The notes beneath the pieces are model-generated. The model saw nothing but the letters and a program-made list of their open reading frames with translations, searched no databases and was not told the origin of the DNA. A program made the translations under genes and the position numbers. A stretch of 64,000 bases of DNA. It comes from Armatimonadota bacterium (GTDB lineage: Bacteria; Armatimonadota; Fimbriimonadia; Fimbriimonadales; GBS-DC). Of this stretch, positions 10,575-18,958 are shown one piece after another. Numbering within the stretch: the first letter of the stretch is position 1; every line of letters begins with the position of its first letter. Location: the NCBI GenBank assembly GCA_037444405.1, contig JBBIML010000015.1:1-64000 (forward strand), read 5' to 3'.

Positions 10575-12794
10575 ATGGCTAACGCTCAGGTGGGAAGACG
10601 ACGGACGGTACGCGCGAAGCCAGCCAGTCGTAGGCGGCGGGAGCCGATGCCCGATGAAGCCGCCAGCAGTGGGACGGGCAAGCCGCTGATTGTGGTCGAA
10701 TCGCCCGCCAAAACGCGCACGCTCAAGAAGATCCTGGGCAACGACTATCGCGTCGAAGCTTCGATGGGGCATGTGCGCGACCTGCCCGAAAAGCGGCTCG
10801 GCGTCGACATCCGCAACGGCTTCCAGCCCACCTATGTGACGCTGCCCGAGCGCCGCGAGGTGCTGCAGCGGCTCAAGCAAGCGGCGCAGACCGCGCCCAT
10901 CATCTATCTGGCGACCGACCCCGACCGCGAGGGCGAAGCCATCGCCTGGCATATCCAGCAGGCGCTGCGCCTGCCAAATCCCTTACGCATCGAGTTCAAC
11001 GAGATCACCGAATCGGCTGTCAAACGCGCCCTGCAGCACCCGCGCACCATCGATATGAATCGGGTGAACGCCCAGCAGGCACGCCGCATCCTGGATCGGC
11101 TGGTGGGTTATGAGGTCAGCCCGTTGCTATGGCGCAAGACGCGCGGGGGCAAAAAGCCGCTCAGCGCCGGGCGCGTGCAGTCGGTCGCGGTGCGCCTGAT
11201 TGTGGAGCGCGAGCGCGAAATCCGCGCCTTCATGCCCGAAGAGTACTGGACGATTACCGCCGTTCTGACCCCGCTGGATGAGGAGTTCCCCTTCGAAGCC
11301 GAGCTGCGCCAGAAGGGTGATCAGAAAATCGAACTTAAGACCGAAGCCGATGCGCAGGCGGTGCTGAACGATCTGGACGGCGCCCGCTATGTGGTGGAGA
11401 GCGTCGAGAAGCGGCACAAGAAGCGCAACCCGCCCCCGCCCTTTATTACCAGCACGCTTCAGCAGGAGGCGTCGCGCAAGCTGGGTTTCAGCGCGCGTCG
11501 CACGATGCAGGTCGCCCAACAGCTCTACGAGGGCGTCGAGCTGGGTGCGGAAGGCTCCGTCGCGCTCATCACCTATATGCGCACCGATTCCACGCGTGTT
11601 TCGGAAGAGGCACAGCACGCTGCGCGCGCCTTCATCCAGCAGCAGTTCGGCGCAACCTACCTGCCGCCCGCCCCCCGCCAGTACAAAGCGCGCGAGGGCG
11701 CACAGGACGCCCACGAAGCCATCCGCCCCACACAGGTCGACCGCACGCCCGACTCCGTACGCCCCTACCTCACACCCGATCAATACCGCCTGTACGACCT
11801 CATCTGGAAGCGGTTCCTTGCCAGCCAGATGGCGTCCGCCGAACTGGAAGTCACCAGCGTGGACATCCGCGCGAAAGAGTATCTCTTCCGCGCCTCCGGC
11901 ACGGTGGTGCTGTTCGACGGCTTTATGGCGCTCTATCGCGAAGGCAAAGACACCGCCGAGCGCGAGGAAGAAGAATTGCCGCCGCTGCCCGCGCTGGAGC
12001 AGGGCGAGGAACTGCGCCTGATCGAACTCAAACCTGAACAGCACTTCACCCAGCCACCCCCACGCTACACCGAAGCCACGCTGGTCAAAGCCCTTGAACA
12101 GCATGGCATCGGGCGACCCAGCACCTACGCCACCATCCTCTCCACCATTCAGGAACGGGGCTATGTGGTGCTGGAGAACCGCACTTTCAAGCCCACACCA
12201 CTCGGCGAAGCGGTCAACGACTATCTGGTCAAATACTTCCCGGATCTGTTCGATGTGCCCTTCACGGCACACATGGAAAACGAGCTGGACGAGATCGAGC
12301 GCGGGCAGGCGCAGTGGGTGCAGGTGCTCCATGAGTTCTATCAGCCGTTCCGCCAGCAGCTGGAGGTGGCAAAAGCGGGCGATGATGTGATTCAGATACC
12401 CACCGTGCCGACGGAGCGCGCCTGCCCCACCTGCGGCGCACCGATGGTACAGCGTAGCGGGCGCTACGGCGATTTTCTGGCATGTTCGCGCTATCCCGAC
12501 TGCAAAACCACCCTGCCCGCCGGCGCCACAGGCATCCCCTGCCCGCTGTGTGGCGCAGGTGAAGTGGTTGCCCGCAAATCCCGCAAGGGACGCACCTACT
12601 ACAGCTGTTCCCAGCGCGATTGCAACTTACTGCTGTGGGACAAGCCGACGGGCGAGAAGTGTCCGCAGTGCGACGCACCCCTCGTGAAACGGGTTAACAG
12701 GCGACAGAATCGGCGCCTCATCTTCTGCTCGAACAGCGCATGCGATTATCGCCAGGAGGAAACGCTGGAAACGGAGGCTGCTGAGGTCGCATAA
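10575..12794 (+). CDS. topA: DNA topoisomerase I
   Basis: VVESPAK TOPRIM, ATDPDREGEAI, SAGRVQS, ITYMRTDS (catalytic Tyr), C-terminal zinc ribbons. Start at 10575 or 10648. Confidence 0.97.
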   Translation: MANAQVGRRRTVRAKPASRRRREPMPDEAASSGTGKPLIVVESPAKTRTLKKILGNDYRVEASMGHVRDLPEKRLGVDIRNGFQPTYVTLPERREVLQRLKQAAQTAPIIYLATDPDREGEAIAWHIQQALRLPNPLRIEFNEITESAVKRALQHPRTIDMNRVNAQQARRILDRLVGYEVSPLLWRKTRGGKKPLSAGRVQSVAVRLIVEREREIRAFMPEEYWTITAVLTPLDEEFPFEAELRQKGDQKIELKTEADAQAVLNDLDGARYVVESVEKRHKKRNPPPPFITSTLQQEASRKLGFSARRTMQVAQQLYEGVELGAEGSVALITYMRTDSTRVSEEAQHAARAFIQQQFGATYLPPAPRQYKAREGAQDAHEAIRPTQVDRTPDSVRPYLTPDQYRLYDLIWKRFLASQMASAELEVTSVDIRAKEYLFRASGTVVLFDGFMALYREGKDTAEREEEELPPLPALEQGEELRLIELKPEQHFTQPPPRYTEATLVKALEQHGIGRPSTYATILSTIQERGYVVLENRTFKPTPLGEAVNDYLVKYFPDLFDVPFTAHMENELDEIERGQAQWVQVLHEFYQPFRQQLEVAKAGDDVIQIPTVPTERACPTCGAPMVQRSGRYGDFLACSRYPDCKTTLPAGATGIPCPLCGAGEVVARKSRKGRTYYSCSQRDCNLLLWDKPTGEKCPQCDAPLVKRVNRRQNRRLIFCSNSACDYRQEETLETEAAEVA

Positions 12795-12797
12795 AAA

Positions 12798-12872
12798 TGG
12801 TGCGCGGTGGAGGATTTGAACCTCCGACCCCTTCCACGTCAAGGAAGTGCTCTACCACTGAGCTAACCGCGC
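12798..12872 (-). tRNA. tRNA-Val(GAC)
   Basis: GCGCGGT...ACCGCGC-ACCA, anticodon GAC. Confidence 0.96.
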
Positions 12873-12880
12873 ACGCTCAC

Positions 12881-12956
<76 letters not shown>

Positions 12957-12959
12957 CTT

Positions 12960-13037
12960 TGGGGCGACCGATGGGATTTGAACCCACGACCTCCTGAGCC
13001 ACAGTCAGGCGCTCTGACCAGCTGAGCTACGGTCGCC
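12960..13037 (-). tRNA. tRNA-His(GTG)
   Basis: G(-1)GCGACCG...CGGTCGC-C-CCA, anticodon GTG. Confidence 0.95.
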
Positions 13038-13051
13038 ACCTGAGCGCCTTT

Positions 13052-13081
13052 ATTATACTCGAATCGCCCATTGGAAGTCAA
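13052..13081 (-). promoter_or_regulatory. Sigma70 promoter of the tRNA His-Lys-Val operon
   Basis: Minus strand TTGACT, N18, TATAAT. Confidence 0.75.
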
Positions 13082-13090
13082 GGGGTAGCC

Positions 13091-13214
13091 GAGGGTGTTC
13101 GAAAAATCGCTGGCATCATATCTGCCTGTGTGAAACCCCCTCACCCGTACCCTCTCCTCCGGCTGCGGGGGAGAGGGGCAGCCTTTCCTCTGGTTGGATT
13201 TTTCGAATACCCTC
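13091..13214. mobile_element. MITE-like element with 18-bp terminal inverted repeats
   Basis: GAGGGTGTTCGAAAAATC (13091-13108) and GATTTTTCGAATACCCTC (13197-13214) are 17/18 complementary and enclose a REP-like hairpin. No ORF inside. Confidence 0.55.
13136..13178. repeat. REP-like palindrome (CCCTCACCC...CCCTCTCC...GGGAGAGGG family)
   Basis: Same motif as the copies at 14417-14626, 43324-43363 and 45919-46050. Confidence 0.75.
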
Positions 13215-13224
13215 TCCCAACCTC

Positions 13225-13254
13225 TTGACAGAATGCCCGCAGGTGTGGTATAAT
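13225..13254 (+). promoter_or_regulatory. Consensus sigma70 promoter
   Basis: TTGACA, N18, TATAAT with TGG before the -10; followed by a GGAGG RBS and ATG at 13295. Confidence 0.85.
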
Positions 13255-13294
13255 AGGAGTGCTGTATAAATTCAGCGGAAGGAGGTCAAGCACA

Positions 13295-14413
13295 ATGAGA
13301 GTCGCTTATGTGGCAGTGGCGATGATGTTGTGTGGCGCGTGGATGAACGCGCAGATCGGTAACGGCATCGTCGGTGATGGTGCCCTTACTATCCCCGTTG
13401 ACAACCTCGGTGCCTGGTATGTGGACTTCAACACAGGTGCTGGAGGCGACCTCTACGACCCGGCAGGAGCAACTGGACCAGGAACCCCTACCTTTGCTGT
13501 GGGGACCTACCTGTTCGTCGGAACCAGCTACCGCGAAGCCCTGGTGGAAGAAGCGACCTGGTATCAGTCCTGGAACGACGCCTCGCTCGATCGCTCAATA
13601 ACGAGTCCAGCAACGAGCTTTAACTACGCTTACAACGATGGCGTCGACGACACGGCGAAGTCGAGCTTCAATGTGTTCAGTAGCGATGGCGTGGTGAACC
13701 TGAGCATCAATCTGACGACGGCGGTGCGACGCACCTCGAACCCCGCCATCTCCTATGTGGTGCAGATTTATCGCATCACGAACAACGCGAGCAGCCCGAT
13801 CAACCTCAAACTTTACCGCACCTGGGATATGGACCTCGTGTGGGATTTCAACTATGAGAACGACGAGGTGTGCGGAGGCACTTTCGGCGGTCAGGGCTAT
13901 GCTTCACAGGGCGAGGCAGGCATCCCTGAGCTGACCTTCAGCCTGAGCAGCCTGAACCCCATCAGCTGCTTCGTTGCCTCCAAACGCACCTATAACCCCA
14001 ATCCGGGCGATCCCAGCTGTCCAGCGATGGGCTATGGCACTGACTTCCAGGAGTGGAACGCCTACGGTGTGCCCACCTGCTGGTGCAACTTCGTGGCTTA
14101 TTTCGGGACCGGCCCGGGTTGCAGTGGTGCCAACTTTGGCGATGGGCACATCGGTGTGGAGGTGCCGGTCTCGCTGGCTGCAGGCGCGACCACTGAGGTG
14201 GTGTTCATTCACACTTACGGCAGCGGTCAGCCCGCGCTGTGCAATCTGGCGGATGTGAACACCGATGGCGTGGTGGATGACGCGGACCTGCTGGAGGTGC
14301 TGTTCGCCTTTGGCAACAGTGCGCCGAACGCCGATGTGGACACCAACTTCGATGGGGTTATTGACGACGCTGACCTGCTGAATGTGCTGTTTGCGTTCGG
14401 CAGCTCGTGCTGA
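13295..14413 (+). CDS. Secreted protein with C-terminal paired dockerin/EF-hand-like repeats
   Basis: Signal peptide; C-terminus ADVNTDGVVDDADLLEVLFAFG...DTNFDGVIDDADLLNVLFAFG. Confidence 0.85.
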   Translation: MRVAYVAVAMMLCGAWMNAQIGNGIVGDGALTIPVDNLGAWYVDFNTGAGGDLYDPAGATGPGTPTFAVGTYLFVGTSYREALVEEATWYQSWNDASLDRSITSPATSFNYAYNDGVDDTAKSSFNVFSSDGVVNLSINLTTAVRRTSNPAISYVVQIYRITNNASSPINLKLYRTWDMDLVWDFNYENDEVCGGTFGGQGYASQGEAGIPELTFSLSSLNPISCFVASKRTYNPNPGDPSCPAMGYGTDFQEWNAYGVPTCWCNFVAYFGTGPGCSGANFGDGHIGVEVPVSLAAGATTEVVFIHTYGSGQPALCNLADVNTDGVVDDADLLEVLFAFGNSAPNADVDTNFDGVIDDADLLNVLFAFGSSC

Positions 14414-14416
14414 GTC

Positions 14417-14626
14417 GTGCCCTCACCCCCTTGCCCCCTCTCCCGAAGCTTCGGGAGAGGGGGATTGAGCGGTTCCTTCTCCCCTCTCGGAAGCGGGTCG
14501 GAGTGAGAGGTCTTCTACCAGAGTGAGCGAGTCTCGCCCCCTCACCTGTACCCTCCTCCCCCGCACGCGGGGGAGAGGGATTCAGCTCCCCTTGCCCACA
14601 GCACGAGAGAGGGTCGGGGTGAGGGC
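14417..14626. repeat. Cluster of 3-4 REP-like hairpins in alternating orientation
   Basis: Near-perfect hairpin CCCCCTCTCCCGAA-GC-TTCGGGAGAGGGGG at 14434-14463; further copies at about 14537-14579 and 14588-14626. Confidence 0.8.
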
Positions 14627-14670
14627 AAAAAGGTTCCTCTGTGGGGTATAGTATATTAATGGCGCCGGGG

Positions 14671-14745
14671 GGGCCCGTAGCTCAACGGCAGAGCGGGCGG
14701 CTCATAACCGCTTGGTTGCAGGTTCGAATCCTGCCGGGCCCACCA
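14671..14745 (+). tRNA. tRNA with CAT anticodon, probably tRNA-Ile2 (lysidine) rather than Met
   Basis: GGGCCCG...CGGGCCC-ACCA, anticodon arm GGCGG-CTCATAA-CCGCT. No initiator features; resembles Ile2 sequences. Confidence 0.9.
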
Positions 14746-14747
14746 TC

Positions 14748-15335
14748 TCACTCCGGGGTTTTCATGCGCGCCGCCTTGCGCCGAATACGCATCAGCGCAT
14801 TATCCACCGCCTTGCAGGAGCAGCCAATCTGCTCGGCAATCTGGCGATAGCTGTGCCCTCTGCCGTAGAGCGCCAGCACCTGCGCCTCCAGCGGGCTGAG
14901 ACGCGCCTGCAACTCCTGCAGCACGCTGCACGCGCTCTCCTGCTCCATCAGCTGCTCCAACAGGCTGGGCGTCGGGTCATACACCCATTCACTCCAGTCC
15001 ATCGGCTGCTCGGAGGGCTCAGGGAACGCCACGGTCGGCACCGACGAGTGCGCGGCTCGCTTGATGGCGGACAGAATCTGGCGCCGAATACACAGTCGCG
15101 CAAAGGTCGGAAATGACGCCCGACGCGACGGATTATAGCGCAGGATCGCCTTCCACAGGCCAATCATGCCGATTTGCTGAACATCTTCAGGCTCGCTGTT
15201 GGGCAGGAAAAAGTTGCGCGCCACGCCCAGCACCAGCGGTCGGTAAAGCTTCAGCAGATACTCGGCTGCTTCCTGGTCGCCTGCCTGCGCACGCCCAACC
15301 AGCTCGTTCACATCGCTGCCATCCCAGCACACCAT
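14748..15335 (-). CDS. SigH-like (sigma-70 family) RNA polymerase sigma factor
   Basis: 'FFLPNSEPEDVQQIGMIGLWKAILRYNP...SFPTFARLCIRRQILSAIK' and 'SYRQIAEQIGCSCKAVDNALMRIRRK' match the SigH region 2 and region 4 pattern. Confidence 0.88.
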   Translation of the reverse strand: MVCWDGSDVNELVGRAQAGDQEAAEYLLKLYRPLVLGVARNFFLPNSEPEDVQQIGMIGLWKAILRYNPSRRASFPTFARLCIRRQILSAIKRAAHSSVPTVAFPEPSEQPMDWSEWVYDPTPSLLEQLMEQESACSVLQELQARLSPLEAQVLALYGRGHSYRQIAEQIGCSCKAVDNALMRIRRKAARMKTPE

Positions 15336-15410
15336 CCGCTTCACACCTGCCTGCCCTATTATAACTCGATTCGCGCCGAATCCGAGCCTGGCTGCGGGTA
15401 AAATCCAATC

Positions 15411-16211
15411 ATGCCTGACAAAGTGACGACGCGCACGCTCATCCGCTGGAAGCAGGAGGGACGCCGAATCGTTGCTATCACCGCGTATGACTACCCCACG
15501 GCGAGGCTGGTGGACGCGGCAGGCATCGATGTGGTGCTGGTGGGCGATTCGGTGGGCAACACGGTGCTGGGCTACGAGACCACGCTCCCCGTGACGCTGG
15601 CGGAGATGGAGCATCACCTGCGGGCGGTGCGGCGCGGCATCCAGCGTGCCCTGCTGGTGGTCGATATGCCCTTCCTGAGCTACGGCGTGTCGGTTGCCGA
15701 TGCGGTCTATAATGCAGGGCGACTCATGCAGGCGGGCGCGGAAGCCGTCAAACTGGAGGGCGCGACCGAACCTGTGTTGCAGAGCATTCGCGCGATGGTC
15801 GATATCGGCATCCCTGTGATGGCGCATCTGGGCATGACGCCGCAATCGATTCACAAATTCGGCGGCTATCGCGTTCAGGGGCGTGGTGAGCAGGCAAGCG
15901 AGGCGTTGCTCCAGGCAGCGCAAGCCGTGCAGGAAGCAGGCGCGTTCAGCGTGGTGCTGGAGCTGATCCCTGCCTCGCTCGCCCAGCGCATCACCGAAAG
16001 CCTTACCATCCCCACCATCGGCATCGGTGCAGGACCGTTTTGCGATGGGCAAATCCAGGTGCTGCACGACATCATCGGGCTGACCGAACACACCTATAAG
16101 CATGCGAAACGCTATACCGAAGTGGGTCAACAGATTCGGCAGGCGCTGGAGCAGTACGCGCAGGAGGTTCAGGAAGGGCTTTTCCCAACAGCGGAGCATT
16201 CGTTCGAGTGA
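15411..16211 (+). CDS. panB: 3-methyl-2-oxobutanoate hydroxymethyltransferase
   Basis: TAYDY, LVGDS, VKLEG, HLGMTPQS, TIGIGAG. Confidence 0.97.
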   Translation: MPDKVTTRTLIRWKQEGRRIVAITAYDYPTARLVDAAGIDVVLVGDSVGNTVLGYETTLPVTLAEMEHHLRAVRRGIQRALLVVDMPFLSYGVSVADAVYNAGRLMQAGAEAVKLEGATEPVLQSIRAMVDIGIPVMAHLGMTPQSIHKFGGYRVQGRGEQASEALLQAAQAVQEAGAFSVVLELIPASLAQRITESLTIPTIGIGAGPFCDGQIQVLHDIIGLTEHTYKHAKRYTEVGQQIRQALEQYAQEVQEGLFPTAEHSFE

Positions 16212-16765
16212 TGACGATAGAGACTCTGGAGCGCATCGGGGCGGTTCTGCAGGGGCATTTCCTGCTCACATCGGGTCGGCACAGCGCGGTCTACTTTGAG
16301 AAGTTCCGCCTGCTGGAGCGTCCCGACCTGCTGATGGAGGCGGTTGCCAGAATGCTGGCGCCGCTGCGCACTTTGCGCATCGACGGCGTGGTGGGTCCGA
16401 CGCTGGGCGGGATGATCGTGGCGTATGAGGCGGCGCGTCAGCTCGGCGTGCGTGCGTTCTATGCCGAGCGTGAGGGCGACAGGCGCGCCTTCCGACGCGA
16501 CGGCACGCCCGATGCCGGCATGCGCCTGCTGGTGGTGGACGATGTGCTGACCACAGGCACCTCCATCCGCGAGGTGCTGACCCTGTTGCAGCGCTATGAG
16601 GTGCAGGTGGTGGGCATCGGCGTGCTGATTGACCGCTCAGAACCGCCCATCGATTTTGGCTACGCGCTTCATGCCGCCCTGCGCCTGCCCGCCGAAAGCT
16701 TTGACCCGTCCGAGTGCCCTCTGTGCCAGCAGGGAGTGCCCCTCACCAAGCGCGGCAGCCGATAG
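16211..16765 (+). CDS. pyrE: Orotate phosphoribosyltransferase
   Basis: GHFLLTSGRHS, VVDDVLTTGTS PRPP motif, C-terminal CPLC. Confidence 0.93.
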   Translation: MTIETLERIGAVLQGHFLLTSGRHSAVYFEKFRLLERPDLLMEAVARMLAPLRTLRIDGVVGPTLGGMIVAYEAARQLGVRAFYAEREGDRRAFRRDGTPDAGMRLLVVDDVLTTGTSIREVLTLLQRYEVQVVGIGVLIDRSEPPIDFGYALHAALRLPAESFDPSECPLCQQGVPLTKRGSR

Positions 16766-16805
16766 GGTACCTTCGCGATTAGCCGCTGCAGGTACAATCC
16801 CTGTG

Positions 16806-17861
16806 ATGAAGCTCAAACCGATAGAGTGGGCATCGCATGCCGAAACGGGCAGCGTCCTGCGCATTCTGGATCAGACGCAGCTGCCAGAGTGGGTGGTCGC
16901 TGAGGAGTTCACCGACTGGCGCGATGTGGCGGAAGCGATTCGGGCGATGAAGGTGCGCGGCGCGCCCGCGATTGGCATCGCGGCTGCCTATGGCATCGCG
17001 CTCGCCGCCCATCACTTCAGAGGCGATAACTGGAGCGAGTTCCTCGCCTCTATGGAGGAGGTCTGTCAGGAGTTCGCTCGCACGCGCCCAACCGCCGTCA
17101 ATCTCTTCTGGGCGATTGAGCGGATGCAGCGGGTGCTGAACACCTGCCAGAGCGTCGCCGAAGCCCGCGAACGCCTGCTACAGGAGGCGCACCAGATTCT
17201 GCAGGAGGATTACGAAGCCGACCGACGGCTGGCGGAGTATGGCGCGTTGCTGTTGCCGCCGCAGGCGCGCGTAATGACCCTCTGCAACACAGGCGCGCTG
17301 GCAACGGGCGGCATCGGCACCGCGCTGGGCATCATTCGCGTCGCGTGGCTGCAGGGACGACTGGCGAAAGCCTATGTGTGCGAGACGCGCCCGCGCCTGC
17401 AGGGGCTGCGACTCACAACCTGGGAACTGCTGCAGGAGGGCATCCCGTTCCAGCTCATCACCGACAACATGGCGGGCTGGCTGATGGCGCAAGGCAAGGT
17501 GGAAGCCGTGATTGTGGGCGCGGACCGTATCGCGACGAACGGCGATACCGCCAACAAAATCGGCACCTACACCCTCGCCGTGCTGGCGCACCATCACCAC
17601 ATCCCCTTCTATGTGGCGGCGCCCTGCTCAACCATTGATTTGAGCACGCCCAATGGCAAAGCCATCCCTGTGGAGCATCGGGACGCCACAGAGGTCACGC
17701 ATATCGGCAATTTGCGCATCGCGCCGCAGGGCACGCCCGTGCTGAACCCGGCGTTCGACATCACGCCCGCCACGCTGATCACCGCGATTATCACCGAGCG
17801 CGGCGTCGCCCAGCCACCTTACGAATCGTCGCTCCGCGAGCTATGTTCGAAAGCGCACTAA
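16806..17861 (+). CDS. mtnA: S-methyl-5-thioribose-1-phosphate isomerase
   Basis: LDQT.LP, VRGAPAIG, RPTAVNL, CNTGALAT, ETRP, NKIGTY, NPAFDITP. Confidence 0.96.
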   Translation: MKLKPIEWASHAETGSVLRILDQTQLPEWVVAEEFTDWRDVAEAIRAMKVRGAPAIGIAAAYGIALAAHHFRGDNWSEFLASMEEVCQEFARTRPTAVNLFWAIERMQRVLNTCQSVAEARERLLQEAHQILQEDYEADRRLAEYGALLLPPQARVMTLCNTGALATGGIGTALGIIRVAWLQGRLAKAYVCETRPRLQGLRLTTWELLQEGIPFQLITDNMAGWLMAQGKVEAVIVGADRIATNGDTANKIGTYTLAVLAHHHHIPFYVAAPCSTIDLSTPNGKAIPVEHRDATEVTHIGNLRIAPQGTPVLNPAFDITPATLITAIITERGVAQPPYESSLRELCSKAH

Positions 17862-18958
17862 TCTTCCCGCTGAACCGCTGGCACAATCACTCCTCGTGTG
17901 TGGTGGAGTGCCCCGATGGTTCGCTGCTGGCGTGCTGGTACAGCGGCTCGGGCGAGCGCGAGGCGGACGATGTGCAGATTCTGGGCGCACGCTGGCGACA
18001 CGGACGCTGGAGCAAACCCTTCCTGATGGCGGATACGCCGAACTACCCCGATATCAACCCGATCCTGTTTTTTGACCCGCGCGGACGCCTATGGCTAATG
18101 TGGGCGACCATTCTGAACCATCGCTGGGAGGGCGCACTGCTCAAATATCGGGTGGCGATGCACGCAGGACAACGGAGTTGCCCACCATGGTGCATCGGCG
18201 AGGTGTTCCATATCTCACCTGATGCAGGTTTCATGCAAAAAGTTGAACAGTGGATCGAGCGGCTGGGCGCCCGCGCCGAATCACCCGACCTGCCGAATCG
18301 GAAGGCGTATCTCCGACGGCTGCGTCAACTCTGTGCGGACGAACTGTCGCGGCGGCTGGGCTGGATGCCCCGCGTGCATCCGCTGATTATGGGCGAGCGC
18401 ATCCTGCTCCCGCTCTATTCGGACGGGTTTAACTTCGCGTTGATTGCTATCAGCGAAGATGCCGGTTTCAGCTGGCAACTGAGCGAGCCGCTGCTCAGCG
18501 TCGGTGGCATCCAGCCCAGCCTGATCCAGCGGCGCGACGGCACACTGGTCGCCTACCTGCGCGATAACGGACCGCCCCCTAACCGTGTCATGACCGCTAC
18601 CTCCAGCGACGGCGGATACACCTGGAGCGAGGTGGTTAAGACCGCAATCCCTAATCCAGGCTCCAGCGTGGAGGCGATTGCCCTGCACACAGGCGAGTGG
18701 CTGATGGTCGCCAACGATACTGAGCGGGGGCGTCATCAGCTCGCTGTTTTGCTCTCCACCGACGAAGGGCATACCTGGCAGGTCAAACGCTATCTGGAGC
18801 GCGACGAGCAGGGCGCGGGCAGCTACTCCTATCCGTCGGTCATTCAGGCGCGCGATGGCACCATCCATATCACCTACAGCTACGCTGTGTCCACGCCAGA
18901 GGGTCGGCGCAGCGCCATCAAGTGGGTACGATTCTCACGCGACTGGCTGGAGGCATGA
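17843..18958 (+). CDS. BNR/Asp-box repeat (sialidase-family) protein
   Basis: Asp-boxes SEDAGFSW, SSDGGYTW and STDEGHTW; YSYP near the C-terminus. Confidence 0.85.
   Translation: MFESALIFPLNRWHNHSSCVVECPDGSLLACWYSGSGEREADDVQILGARWRHGRWSKPFLMADTPNYPDINPILFFDPRGRLWLMWATILNHRWEGALLKYRVAMHAGQRSCPPWCIGEVFHISPDAGFMQKVEQWIERLGARAESPDLPNRKAYLRRLRQLCADELSRRLGWMPRVHPLIMGERILLPLYSDGFNFALIAISEDAGFSWQLSEPLLSVGGIQPSLIQRRDGTLVAYLRDNGPPPNRVMTATSSDGGYTWSEVVKTAIPNPGSSVEAIALHTGEWLMVANDTERGRHQLAVLLSTDEGHTWQVKRYLERDEQGAGSYSYPSVIQARDGTIHITYSYAVSTPEGRRSAIKWVRFSRDWLEA

Noticed and set aside
14417..14626. Possible CRISPR array
   Set aside because: The repeats are degenerate, vary in orientation and spacing, lack unique constant-length spacers, and no cas genes are present.
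14748..16199. 483-aa ORF suggesting a sigma factor with a long N-terminal extension
   Set aside because: The extension is the antisense frame of panB. The sigma domain begins near 15335, after its own TATAAT.
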